Shown: positions 9,785-19,502, counted from the stretch's first letter. The stretch: DNA of 64,000 bases from Clostridia bacterium (GCA_017399965.1 JAFQAP010000027.1:64632-128631), one strand, 5' to 3'. Program-made: numbers and translations. The notes: a model not told the origin generated them from the letters alone.

Positions 9785-11971
9785 TTGGAGCAGGTTACGC
9801 TGGAGGGCGTGGTTGAAAACATAGTCTTTACAAACGAAGATAACGGCTACACAGTATGCGAATGTGCCTGCGGAGGGGAGCTTATCACCTTGGTTGGAAT
9901 TATGCCCTATCTTAACGAGGGAGAGAGCATAAAAGCCCAAGGGGTATGGCAGGTCCACGCCACCTTCGGAAGACAGTTAAAGGTGGAGTATTTTGAAAAA
10001 AAGCTTCCCACGGACACGGAGGCTATATATAAATATCTCTCTTCCGGCGCAGTAAAGGGTATAGGTCCCGTAACCGCCGCCAGAATAGTGGAGGCTTTCG
10101 GCGCAGATACCTTTGACGTTATGGAAAACAACCCCAATTGGCTGTGCGATATTAAGGGAATTTCACCGAAGCGAGCAAAAGATATTGCGGAAAGCTATGC
10201 GGCTCAGTTTGGCATGAGAAGCGTTATGCTGTTTTGCTCCAGATTTTTCGGGCCCTCTGTTTCTGCAAGAATATACCGCAGATACGGTGCCGCCGCCACT
10301 ACAATTATAGAAAAGGATCCTTACCGCCTTATTGGGGATATTGAGGGAATAGGCTTTGAAAAGGCAGACACGGTGGCGCAGCAGCTCGGATTCCCCGCAG
10401 ACAGCCCCGAGCGTTTGGAAGCGGGGGCTGAATATATCCTTTCCGCCGCCGCATATTCGGGAGGACATTGCTGTTTGCCCCAAAAAGAGTTGGTTTCAAA
10501 AACGGCGCAGGCGTTAAAAGTACAGCCCGTTTTGGTTGCCGCCGCTATCGGAAGGCTGTGCGAAAAAGGGGAATTTGTACGTACCGAACAAGAATACGTA
10601 TATTTAAGAGAATATAAAGAGGCGGAAAACTATATTACCGCAAAATTAAAGCTTTTGCGCGATACTCCCCGTCCCGAAAGATACGAGGGTGTGGAGGACG
10701 CAATAAAAGAGCTGGAGAAAAAATACGGAATTACCTATGCAAGTGAACAAAACGAAGCTATTGTAAGCGGAATAACCAACGGCGTTACGGTAATAACCGG
10801 CGGTCCCGGTACGGGAAAGACCACCGTTATAAAAGCACTCACGGAGCTGCTTTTATCCCTTAAAATATCCTTTTGCCTTGCGGCGCCTACGGGCAGAGCG
10901 GCAAAGCGTATGAGCGAAGCCAGCGGTGCGGACGCTAAAACCATACACCGTTTGCTTGAAACCGAGTTCGATACCGCCCACAGACCTAAATTCGGCAGGG
11001 ACGAAGGAAATCCCCTCCCCGCCTCCGTAGTGATAATAGACGAAATGTCCATGGTGGACCTTTTACTGTTTTCATCACTTTTGAAAGCGGTAAAAAGGGG
11101 CAGCACTCTGGTGCTTATCGGCGACGTGGACCAGCTTCCCCCCGTGGGTGCGGGACAATGTCTTAAAGACATTATAGAAAGCGAAGCTTTCCCCGTGGTG
11201 CGGTTAAAGCATATATTCCGTCAGGCACAGCAAAGTCTTATAGTAACCAACGCCCACGATATTAACGAGGGCAAAATGCCCGTGCTTAACGAAAAGAAAA
11301 ACGATTTCTTCTTTTTGGAAAGAAACAACGCAGAGGACATACGGCAATTATTGCTTTCTCTCTGCAGGGACAGGCTTCCCAAGACCTATTCACTTGACAG
11401 CTTTTCGGATATACAGATACTCACTCCCACCCGAAAAGGAGAATTGGGCACAAAAGCACTTAACGAGGTGTTGCAGGACGGACTTAACCCCAAAAGCTTT
11501 AAAAAGCGGGAAAAGAAGATTGGTTCTGTTTTGTTCCGCGAAGGGGACAAGGTAATGCAGACCAAAAATAATTACGAGATAGAATGGGACAAGGACGGAA
11601 CCAGAGGTCAAGGCATATTCAACGGCGACGTGGGACGGATAATTTCCATAGACACGCAAAGCGAAACTATGGTTATTAATTTTGACGACCGCGTGGCGGA
11701 ATACGATTTCGCCCTGCTTGACGAACTGGAGCACGCTTTTGCGGTAACGGTACACAAAAGCCAGGGCAACGAATATCCCGTGGTGCTTATGCCGGTTTAC
11801 GATTGCCCATACCCTCTGATGACCAGAAATCTGTTTTACACGGCAGTAACCCGCGCAAAGCAGATACTCATACTGGTGGGAACACAAAAAAGTATTTCCA
11901 TTATGGTGGAAAACGATAAAAAATCACACAGACACGGATTTTTGAAAAAAATGCTTTCCGAAAGCATTTAA
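9785..11971 (+). CDS. recD2: RecD2-type ATP-dependent DNA helicase
   Basis: TTG start after AGAGGTGA. Walker A GGPGTGKTT, Walker B VIIDEMSMVD, GDVDQLPPVG, and C-terminal SH3-like plus AVTVHKSQGNEYP motif. Confidence 0.9.
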   Translation: MEQVTLEGVVENIVFTNEDNGYTVCECACGGELITLVGIMPYLNEGESIKAQGVWQVHATFGRQLKVEYFEKKLPTDTEAIYKYLSSGAVKGIGPVTAARIVEAFGADTFDVMENNPNWLCDIKGISPKRAKDIAESYAAQFGMRSVMLFCSRFFGPSVSARIYRRYGAAATTIIEKDPYRLIGDIEGIGFEKADTVAQQLGFPADSPERLEAGAEYILSAAAYSGGHCCLPQKELVSKTAQALKVQPVLVAAAIGRLCEKGEFVRTEQEYVYLREYKEAENYITAKLKLLRDTPRPERYEGVEDAIKELEKKYGITYASEQNEAIVSGITNGVTVITGGPGTGKTTVIKALTELLLSLKISFCLAAPTGRAAKRMSEASGADAKTIHRLLETEFDTAHRPKFGRDEGNPLPASVVIIDEMSMVDLLLFSSLLKAVKRGSTLVLIGDVDQLPPVGAGQCLKDIIESEAFPVVRLKHIFRQAQQSLIVTNAHDINEGKMPVLNEKKNDFFFLERNNAEDIRQLLLSLCRDRLPKTYSLDSFSDIQILTPTRKGELGTKALNEVLQDGLNPKSFKKREKKIGSVLFREGDKVMQTKNNYEIEWDKDGTRGQGIFNGDVGRIISIDTQSETMVINFDDRVAEYDFALLDELEHAFAVTVHKSQGNEYPVVLMPVYDCPYPLMTRNLFYTAVTRAKQILILVGTQKSISIMVENDKKSHRHGFLKKMLSESI

Positions 11972-11988
11972 AGAGAGGAAAAACAAAA

Positions 11989-14007
11989 ATGAATGAACTT
12001 TTCAGATTTTCCGCAGGATACCTTGCAGTAGCAATTGAAAAAACGGGGAACGGCATACGTCTGTACTCCATAAGAGACAAAGAAAACAAAAAGAATCTGC
12101 TTACCCACGCCCTGCCTTTGTTCCGCTTATACGCAGAAAACCTTGCAGACGGAACTTGGGTGACCCTTTCTTCCGATAAAGGCTGGAGTATGGCGGATAC
12201 TTTTAAAACCGAGGAAGGCGCTTTGATAGTGCTTTCCGGCAACCGCGAACTGCCCGGAGTAACCGTAACTCTTACCGCAGTATGCACTCACAACACTATT
12301 GAATGGCAGACACAGATAAATTCCGTCAACACCGAATACGCCGTTGCGGCTTGCGACCATCCTATGCTTTCCTTTGACACGGGTGAAAACGTATGTATGT
12401 TCTACCCCTACGGATGCGGCGAGGTATATACCACCGAAAAGAACAAAGAGCTGAGAAATCTGCAGAACTACCCCTCTTACGGTGTTTCCATGCAGTATAT
12501 GGCGTTTTACAATAAACGGACAAAGAGAGGAATTTACTACGGTATTCACGATACCGCGCCTGCGTACAAAAAGTTCAGCTTCAGCAAAAAAGCGGGAGAA
12601 AAGTTTATGTCTATGGTAGCGGGACAGCCCCTTACCCATTTGGACAGAGGCTGTAATTCCCAGTCCCTTTACGGTAAATGCGTGTGGAAGATGTTTGACG
12701 GAGATTGGTACGATGCCGCCGTTATTTACAGAGAATGGGTGGAAAAAGAAGCCGAATTCCTTACCAGAAACAGAAAAGAGCCCGATTGGTTTACCGATGC
12801 GCCTCACTGGTGGCTGGTGCATATAAACGATGACGCTTCTTTTGCAGACGATATTATAGAAGCGACAAAGCTTTTGGGTACGGAAAGCCCCGTTCACCTT
12901 TATCTGTGGCACAACGCTCCCTTTGATAACGATTACCCCCACTACTTCCCCGTGCGTGACGTTGCCAAGGAAGGACTTAAAAAGCTTAAGGAAGCGGGCG
13001 TAAAGGTTATGCCCTATATCAACGGCAGACTTTGGGATACCAGAGATAAAAAGGCAGAGGATTTTGAGTTTACCTCTGTTGCAAAGAAATGGGCTACCAA
13101 GGACAGAAAGGGCGTTTGCTTTACCGAAACCTATTCCTCAAAGGAAGAGGACGGAAGCAAGGTCTGCCTTTCCATTATGTGTCCTTCCTCCGCTTTGTGG
13201 CAGGAAAAGATGGCGTATACCGTGGGCAGACTTATTAACGACGAAGGCTTTGACGCGGTGTATATGGACCAGATAGCCGCCGCACAGCCTTACGCCTGCT
13301 GTGACCCCGCACACCCCCACGCGCCCGGCGGAGGAGATTGGTGGTGCCGTTCTTACAGAGGACTGCTTGACAGAGTATACCGCGCTATTCCAGAGGATGC
13401 GGTGCTTACCACCGAATGTACAGCCGACCCCTTTATATCCCATATGGGCGGATACCTTTCCTGGCTGTGGGTAAGAAACGATCAGGTTCCCGCATTCCCC
13501 GTAATATATTCAAAATATATATCTATGTTCGGCAGATGCTACGGTGCGGATTCCGATCCCGATTGGACGGGATTCAGAATATTTATTGCACAAAGCCTTG
13601 TTTACGGCGAACAGCTTGGCTGGATAGCACCCCGTAAATACAAGGAAAGCCCATATAGAGATTTTTATACCGAATGTGTGCGTACCCGCGCAAAGCTTTG
13701 CAAATATTTCCGCTGCGGAAACGAAACTTTGCATCCTCCCGTTATAGAAACTGCCATTCCCCGTCTGCGCACCGAAAAATGTAATCAGGCGATACAGGGT
13801 ATTGTGGAAGAAAACGCTGTAATGGGCTGTATACGCAAAGCGGAAGACGGAAAACGGCTGCTGCTTTTGGTAAATGCCGCCAAAGAGGGCGGAAACGCCG
13901 TTATTTACGCCGATCTGCCTGACGGAGTATACGGAGATATAACCTTTAAAGACGGAAAAGCCGAAACTTATATGGATGCGCTTTCCCTTAAATACGCTGA
14001 ATTTTAA
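11989..14007 (+). CDS. Uncharacterised 672-aa cytoplasmic protein (possibly DUF6259-like), first gene of the uxu/kdg operon
   Basis: Long ORF with an RBS and no signal peptide, tightly packed with uxuA. I recognise no catalytic motif. See finding. Confidence 0.5.
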   Translation: MNELFRFSAGYLAVAIEKTGNGIRLYSIRDKENKKNLLTHALPLFRLYAENLADGTWVTLSSDKGWSMADTFKTEEGALIVLSGNRELPGVTVTLTAVCTHNTIEWQTQINSVNTEYAVAACDHPMLSFDTGENVCMFYPYGCGEVYTTEKNKELRNLQNYPSYGVSMQYMAFYNKRTKRGIYYGIHDTAPAYKKFSFSKKAGEKFMSMVAGQPLTHLDRGCNSQSLYGKCVWKMFDGDWYDAAVIYREWVEKEAEFLTRNRKEPDWFTDAPHWWLVHINDDASFADDIIEATKLLGTESPVHLYLWHNAPFDNDYPHYFPVRDVAKEGLKKLKEAGVKVMPYINGRLWDTRDKKAEDFEFTSVAKKWATKDRKGVCFTETYSSKEEDGSKVCLSIMCPSSALWQEKMAYTVGRLINDEGFDAVYMDQIAAAQPYACCDPAHPHAPGGGDWWCRSYRGLLDRVYRAIPEDAVLTTECTADPFISHMGGYLSWLWVRNDQVPAFPVIYSKYISMFGRCYGADSDPDWTGFRIFIAQSLVYGEQLGWIAPRKYKESPYRDFYTECVRTRAKLCKYFRCGNETLHPPVIETAIPRLRTEKCNQAIQGIVEENAVMGCIRKAEDGKRLLLLVNAAKEGGNAVIYADLPDGVYGDITFKDGKAETYMDALSLKYAEF

Positions 14008-14024
14008 CAGAGGTAACAAACAAA

Positions 14025-15080
14025 ATGAATATGAAATTATCTTTCCGCTGGTACGGTGAATCCGACCCGGTAACACTCCGAAACATCTCCCAGATACCGG
14101 GGATGAGATCTATCGTTTCCGCAGTTTATGACGTTAAGCCCGGCGGAGTATGGGGAGAGGACACGCTTTCCCGTATGAAAACTCTTTGCGAAGAAAACGG
14201 TCTGGTTTTTGACGTGGTGGAATCCATTCCCGTTCACGAGGATATAAAATTAGGCAGAAACAACGTGGACGAGCTGTTGGAGGTCTACTGCGAAAATATA
14301 CGCCGCTGTGCAAAATACGGCGTAAAGTGCGTGACCTACAACTTTATGCCCGTTTTTGACTGGACAAGAACACAGCTTGATAAAAAAGCGCCCGACGGTT
14401 CCACCAGCCTTGTAATGTATTGGGACCAGATGAGAGGGCTTGACCCCTTAAAGGATGATATTCATCTTCCCGGCTGGGACGCAAGCTATACCCAAAGCGA
14501 AGTGCGTGAGCTTATTACCGCTTACGGCGAGCTCGGTGAAGAAGGACTTTGGAAAAACCTTGAAAAATTCTTAAAAAAGGTTATTCCCGTTGCGGAAGAA
14601 TGCGGTGTGCGGATGGCAATACACCCCGATGATCCTCCCTACCCCATCTTCGGCTTGCCCAGAATTATTACAAACGAAGAAAACCTTGACAGATTCTTAA
14701 AGATAGTTGACAGCAAAGCAAACAGCCTTTGTCTGTGCACCGGTTCTTTGGGCTGTGCAAAAACAAACGACGTTGTTAAGATGGTGCGCAAATACGCCGA
14801 AATGGACAGAATCGCATTTATGCACATAAGAAACGTTAAGATAATGGAGGACGGTTCTTTTGAAGAAACGGCTCATCTTTCCTCCTGCGGTTCTATGGAT
14901 ATTTACGAAATCGTAAAAGCACTTGCGAAAAACGGATTTGACGGGTACGTCCGTCCCGACCACGGCAGAATGATATGGGGCGAAACGGGCAAGCCCGGTT
15001 ACGGTCTGTATGACAGAGCCCTGGGCGCGGCATACATCAACGGTCTGTTTGAAGCGGCGGAAAAGGAGCTTAAAAAATGA
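14025..15080 (+). CDS. uxuA: Mannonate dehydratase
   Basis: N-terminus MKLSFRWYGESDPVTL and a ~350-aa TIM-barrel layout typical of UxuA. Confidence 0.9.
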   Translation: MNMKLSFRWYGESDPVTLRNISQIPGMRSIVSAVYDVKPGGVWGEDTLSRMKTLCEENGLVFDVVESIPVHEDIKLGRNNVDELLEVYCENIRRCAKYGVKCVTYNFMPVFDWTRTQLDKKAPDGSTSLVMYWDQMRGLDPLKDDIHLPGWDASYTQSEVRELITAYGELGEEGLWKNLEKFLKKVIPVAEECGVRMAIHPDDPPYPIFGLPRIITNEENLDRFLKIVDSKANSLCLCTGSLGCAKTNDVVKMVRKYAEMDRIAFMHIRNVKIMEDGSFEETAHLSSCGSMDIYEIVKALAKNGFDGYVRPDHGRMIWGETGKPGYGLYDRALGAAYINGLFEAAEKELKK

Positions 15081-15928
15081 ACGTAAACGTACTTAATACC
15101 GACCTTACGGGAAAAGTTGCCGTAGTAACGGGTGCAGGCGGCGTGCTGTGCAGTAATTTTGCCGCCGTGCTTGCACGGGCAGGCGCAACCGTTGCACTGC
15201 TTGACCTTAATGAGCAGGCAGCACAGGAATTTGCGGATAAGATTAACGCCGAGGGCGGAAAAGCGAAAGCCTATAAATGCAACGTGCTGGATAAAGAGAT
15301 ATGCGAAAGCGTGGCGTTGCAGGTAGAAAATGAGCTTGGAAGCTGTGATATCCTTATAAACGGCGCAGGAGGAAATAACCCCAGAGCCACTACGGACAAG
15401 GAGTATTTTGAGATCGGCGATATTGACGGCGATACAAAAAGCTTTTTTGATCTTGATTCGTCCGGCGTGGAATTTGTGTTCAACCTTAATTTTCTCGGCA
15501 CTCTTATTCCCACCCAAGCCTTTGCAAAGCAGATGGTTGGCAGAGAGGGATGCAACATTATCAACATTTCCTCTATGAACGCATTTACCCCTCTTACCAA
15601 AATACCCGCATATTCCGGTGCAAAAGCGGCAATAAGCAACTTTACACAGTGGCTGGCGGTGCATTTTTCCAAAGTCGGAATAAGAGTAAACGCCATTGCT
15701 CCCGGATTTTTCTCCACAAAGCAGAACGCCCGCCTTTTGTGGAACGAAGACGGCACTCCCACTCCCCGCACTGGAAAGATCCTTGCCGCTACCCCTATGG
15801 GCAGATTCGGTGAAAGCGAGGAATTGGAGGGAAGCCTGCTCTTCCTTGTAAACAACAAAGCGGCAAGCTTTATTACCGGTGTGGTTATTCCCGTTGACGG
15901 CGGTTTTTCCGCATACTCGGGTGTATAA
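15077..15928 (+). CDS. SDR-family oxidoreductase (mannonate/fructuronate oxidoreductase-like)
   Basis: TGAGGVLC (TGxxxGxG) and YSGAKAA (YxxxK). ATGA overlap with uxuA. Confidence 0.75.
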   Translation: MNVNVLNTDLTGKVAVVTGAGGVLCSNFAAVLARAGATVALLDLNEQAAQEFADKINAEGGKAKAYKCNVLDKEICESVALQVENELGSCDILINGAGGNNPRATTDKEYFEIGDIDGDTKSFFDLDSSGVEFVFNLNFLGTLIPTQAFAKQMVGREGCNIINISSMNAFTPLTKIPAYSGAKAAISNFTQWLAVHFSKVGIRVNAIAPGFFSTKQNARLLWNEDGTPTPRTGKILAATPMGRFGESEELEGSLLFLVNNKAASFITGVVIPVDGGFSAYSGV

Positions 15929-15942
15929 AAAGAGGTAAAGAT

Positions 15943-16527
15943 ATGATAAACGATTTTAAATTTATTCCCGTTGTGGTTATAAACGATATAAACGATACCG
16001 AAAAGACCTTGGGCGGTCTTTGTGAAGGCGGGCTTCCCTGCGCGGAGATAACCTTCCGTACCCCCTGCGCAGCGGATGCCATAAAGCTGGGCAAACAGCT
16101 TTTTCCCCAAATGTGCATCGGCGCAGGCACGGTCATTAACCTTGACCAATGCTTAAAGGCGCTGGAGGCGGGCGCGGAATTTATTGTTTCCCCCGGACTG
16201 TGCGAGGAGGTTGCGGTGTACTGTGTGGAAAAGGGTATTCCCTATTTCCCCGGATGTGTAACCCCCACCGAGATAATGAAAGCAATTTCTCTGGGTATTA
16301 CCACGGTGAAATTCTTCCCCGCAGGAATTTACGGCGGACTTAAGGCTATGAAAGCCCTTGCCGCACCTTTTCCCCAGATAAAGTTCGTTCCCACCGGCGG
16401 TGTGGATATGACCAATATTACCGAATATCTGGCGTTTGATAAAATTCAGGCCATCGGCGGTTCCTTCATAATGAAGGGCGATATTGCGGAAAACACTAAA
16501 AAGCTTATGGAGATTATAAATGGATAA
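15943..16527 (+). CDS. eda: KDPG / 4-hydroxy-2-oxoglutarate aldolase
   Basis: ~194 aa. EITFRTP, GAGTV, VKFFPA and PTGGV are characteristic of Eda. Confidence 0.85.
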   Translation: MINDFKFIPVVVINDINDTEKTLGGLCEGGLPCAEITFRTPCAADAIKLGKQLFPQMCIGAGTVINLDQCLKALEAGAEFIVSPGLCEEVAVYCVEKGIPYFPGCVTPTEIMKAISLGITTVKFFPAGIYGGLKAMKALAAPFPQIKFVPTGGVDMTNITEYLAFDKIQAIGGSFIMKGDIAENTKKLMEIING

Positions 16528-17545
16528 GAAAATTGTTACATTCGGCGAGCTTATGCTCCGTCTTGCTCCCGAAGGATATTTAAGATTTGTTCAGTCCGAT
16601 AAATTTGAGGCAACCTTCGGCGGTGCGGAGGCAAACGTGGCTGTAAGCCTTGCCAACTACGGAGAAAAGGCGGTTTTTGTTACCAAGCTCCCCTCCCACG
16701 AAATAGGTCAGATGGCAGTAAATTCCCTGCGCAAGTTCGGTGTGGACACTACCGAAATCGTCCGCGGAGGCGAAAGAGTGGGTATTTATTACTGCGAAAA
16801 GGGTGCGTCCCAGCGACCCAGCAAGGTTATATATGACAGAGCGAATTCCGCTATTGCCAAAGCAGACCTTAATGATTTTGATTGGGATAAGATTTTTGAA
16901 GGAGCATCCTGGTTCCACGTAACGGGAATTACCCCCGCTTTAAGCGAAAGCGCGGCGGAAATTACTGTTGCCGCCTGCAAAAAAGCAAAAGAAAAAGGTA
17001 TTACCGTTTCTACCGACCTTAACTACCGCAAAAAGCTGTGGACCAAAGAGCAGGCAAATAAGGTAATGAGCGAGGTCTGCAAATACGTGGATTACTGTAT
17101 CGCCAACGAAGAGGACGCAAAGGACGTGTTCGGCATAGAGGCAGACAACACGGATATTGAAAGCGGAAAGCTTAACCGCGAAGGATACATAAGCGTGGCG
17201 GAAAAGCTTACAAACGCTTTCGGCTTCAAAGGTGTTGCAATTACCCTGCGTGAGAGTATAAGCGCAAACGACAACAAGTGGAGCGCAATGCTTTACACCG
17301 ATAAAAACGCATATTTTTCCAAAAAGTACGATATGCATATAGTCGACCGCGTAGGCGGAGGAGATTCCTTCGGCGCAGGGCTTATATACAGTCTGCTTAA
17401 TGGTTACGATAACCAATCCGCCATCGAATTCGCGGTAGCCGCATCATGCTTGAAGCACAGCATCGAGGGAGATTACAATATGGTAAGCGTTGCCGAGGTT
17501 CAGGCTCTTGCCAAAGGTTCCGGCAGCGGCAGAGTTCAGAGATAG
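16520..17545 (+). CDS. kdgK: 2-dehydro-3-deoxygluconokinase (PfkB family)
   Basis: FGGAEANVA N-terminal motif and the DRVGGGDSFGAG PfkB signature. Overlaps eda by 8 nt. Confidence 0.85.
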   Translation: MDKKIVTFGELMLRLAPEGYLRFVQSDKFEATFGGAEANVAVSLANYGEKAVFVTKLPSHEIGQMAVNSLRKFGVDTTEIVRGGERVGIYYCEKGASQRPSKVIYDRANSAIAKADLNDFDWDKIFEGASWFHVTGITPALSESAAEITVAACKKAKEKGITVSTDLNYRKKLWTKEQANKVMSEVCKYVDYCIANEEDAKDVFGIEADNTDIESGKLNREGYISVAEKLTNAFGFKGVAITLRESISANDNKWSAMLYTDKNAYFSKKYDMHIVDRVGGGDSFGAGLIYSLLNGYDNQSAIEFAVAASCLKHSIEGDYNMVSVAEVQALAKGSGSGRVQR

Positions 17546-17548
17546 CCT

Positions 17549-17705
17549 GCATTGTGCTGTTTAAAGCACAATGCATCGATATAAATCCGCTTGCGCGGAT
17601 TTTCGATATATACCTGCGGTGTTCGATATGCGCTGACGCGCTCGATATGCTCACTGCGTGAGCGCGGATTTATATCATATCAAGTCGGCACCGCCGACAT
17701 ATCGA
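17549..17705 (+). repeat. Cluster of five hairpins and five TCGATAT repeats in the kdgK / TPR-gene intergenic region
   Basis: Hairpins at 17549-17574, 17583-17602, 17630-17641, 17649-17663 and 17684-17698. TCGATAT at 17576, 17603, 17623 and 17642, with an inverted copy at 17699-17705. A 13-bp long-range complement pairs 17578-17590 with 17664-17676. Confidence 0.7.
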
Positions 17706-17776
17706 CAAAATTAATATTCGGATTTTCCAAACCACGATAGTTTCTCCGAAACATTAATACAAAGGATATTACAGCT

Positions 17777-19387
17777 ATGAAACAAAACAAAAAAGCAAAA
17801 ATAGTTTTTATAGTTCTTTTGGTGTTGGGTATTGCGGCGGTCGGACTTGCCGTGTGGGAAATATGCACAAACGGTTTTTCTGTGAAAACGGCAGGTAAGT
17901 TAGCCGCTTTTGCCGCCGCGTGGGTATTGGCAATAGCGAGAATGTATTCTGCCGCAGGAGGCGGAAGCAAAAAGCTGTACGCTTTATATGAAAAAGAGTA
18001 CAGCGAGCATATACACGGCGCTTTTTCGAGAGACGAACAGAAAAAAGAAAAAAAGCTTTTAATGAACGCTATCCACTGTTTTAATGCGGAAAGATATACA
18101 AAAGGTATTGATATTCTTCAAAATCTTGTTCCCAAATGCGCAAAGCCCTGCGATTACGCCGCAGTATACACCTTTTTAGCTTTGATGTACGAGCAAGTTG
18201 ACAAGCCCGAAAACGCTATGAAGGCATACCAAGCCGTTTTGAAATACGATGATACCAGAAGCACGGTATGGTCAAATCTGGGCAGGCTGCATAGGAAAAA
18301 GGGATATCACAGAGAAGCCATTGAATGCTACAAAAAAGCACTTGAGGCTGACCCAAAAAATGAATACGCATATAACAATATGGGGAATTCCTATTTCCGT
18401 CTGGGAGAATATCAAAAAGCTGTTGATTTGGCAAAAAAAGCTCTTGAATTAAAGCCCGCATTTGTTCAGGCGTTGGAGTTGCTCTGCACATCCTACGCCG
18501 CTATGGGAGATGAAGCAAAATGCAAAGAGTATTTTGATCTATCCGTTTCCTCCGGCGGCAACCCCGCTGCCCTGCAAAACGTTTTAAAAGTAATAAGAGA
18601 AGGTAATCTGGCAAAAGACAGCTATGCCCCTGTTCCTTACGAGATAGACAAAGCGTGTGATCTGGTTTACAGAGAAACGGCTTTGCCCTTTATCCGTATC
18701 GGACTGACAGGAGAAGACACAAACAGCCGTTTCGGCGGACCTGCTCTGGGCGCAGCTCCTCTTGACGAAAGCGGAAACGAAATGAAGCTTCTTTGCGGAA
18801 TTGATTGCAGCGAAGTTCGCGGTCTTGCGGATTTCCCCGAAAGCGGTTGGCTGCTCTTCTATATTGCGGATAACGAGCTTTACGGCGCGGATTTTGATAA
18901 CCCCACGTCGCAAAAGAATTTCAGAGTTATCTACCGCCCCGAAGCTGCTCTTGCGGAGGGAGATACGCCTGTTTTAACCGAAACCTTCCCTGTGCAAAAA
19001 CGTTATAATATTGCCTTAACACCCGATATATGCCCTATGAATTACTGCGATTATCGGTTTGAGGATATCTTAAACAAGCATCTTGCAAAAAGCGGTATGC
19101 CCAAGTTTAATGAGCTTGAAGAGGATACGCAGGAAGACATTGCAAAACGGTTTTGCACCGTGGGACATTCCTTGTACGGCTCGCCCATGTTCGCCCAATA
19201 CGATCCGAGAGAAAACGAAGAATACCAAAAGTACGATACTCTGCTTTTGCAGGTTTTCACTCATCGCACACAGAATGAAACTAAAATTCAGATCGGCGAC
19301 GAGGGCGCCATACAGTTCTTTATCCCCAAAGAGAATTTAAAGAATAAAGATTTTTCGGATATTCTCTATTGGTGGGACTGCTATTGA
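17777..19387 (+). CDS. Membrane-anchored TPR-repeat protein fused to a DUF1963/YwqG-like domain
   Basis: Two N-terminal hydrophobic helices. TPR-like repeats (...AMKAYQAVLKYDDTRSTVWSNLGRLHRKKGYHREAIECYKKALEADPKNEYAYNNMGNSYFRLGEYQKAVDLAKKALELKP). The C-terminus (GWLLFYIADNELYG...IQIGDEGAIQFFIPKENL) resembles DUF1963. Confidence 0.7.
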   Translation: MKQNKKAKIVFIVLLVLGIAAVGLAVWEICTNGFSVKTAGKLAAFAAAWVLAIARMYSAAGGGSKKLYALYEKEYSEHIHGAFSRDEQKKEKKLLMNAIHCFNAERYTKGIDILQNLVPKCAKPCDYAAVYTFLALMYEQVDKPENAMKAYQAVLKYDDTRSTVWSNLGRLHRKKGYHREAIECYKKALEADPKNEYAYNNMGNSYFRLGEYQKAVDLAKKALELKPAFVQALELLCTSYAAMGDEAKCKEYFDLSVSSGGNPAALQNVLKVIREGNLAKDSYAPVPYEIDKACDLVYRETALPFIRIGLTGEDTNSRFGGPALGAAPLDESGNEMKLLCGIDCSEVRGLADFPESGWLLFYIADNELYGADFDNPTSQKNFRVIYRPEAALAEGDTPVLTETFPVQKRYNIALTPDICPMNYCDYRFEDILNKHLAKSGMPKFNELEEDTQEDIAKRFCTVGHSLYGSPMFAQYDPRENEEYQKYDTLLLQVFTHRTQNETKIQIGDEGAIQFFIPKENLKNKDFSDILYWWDCY

Positions 19388-19420
19388 TAATAAAGACAAA
19401 CATAATCACCCCAACAACGA

Positions 19421-19451
19421 AAAATCCGCAGTCAAAACGGCTGCGGATTTT
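19421..19451 (+). terminator. Intrinsic terminator hairpin (copy 1 of a hairpin pair)
   Basis: AAAATCCGCAG-tcaaaacgg-CTGCGGATTTT followed by ATTATTGTTTT. It is preceded by a C-rich box, AATCACCCCAACAACG. Confidence 0.75.
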
Positions 19452-19502
19452 ATTATTGTTTTATAAACGAAAATGCATACGATTTCGATTGCACGGACTA
19501 AG

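Noticed and set aside
12127-12942. 271-aa minus-strand ORF
   Set aside because: It lies inside, and antisense to, the 672-aa plus-strand ORF, which is much longer, has an RBS and sits in operon context.
15271-16149. 292-aa minus-strand ORF
   Set aside because: It is antisense to the SDR and eda genes, which carry TGxxxGxG/YxxxK and KDPG-aldolase motifs. It has no motif of its own.
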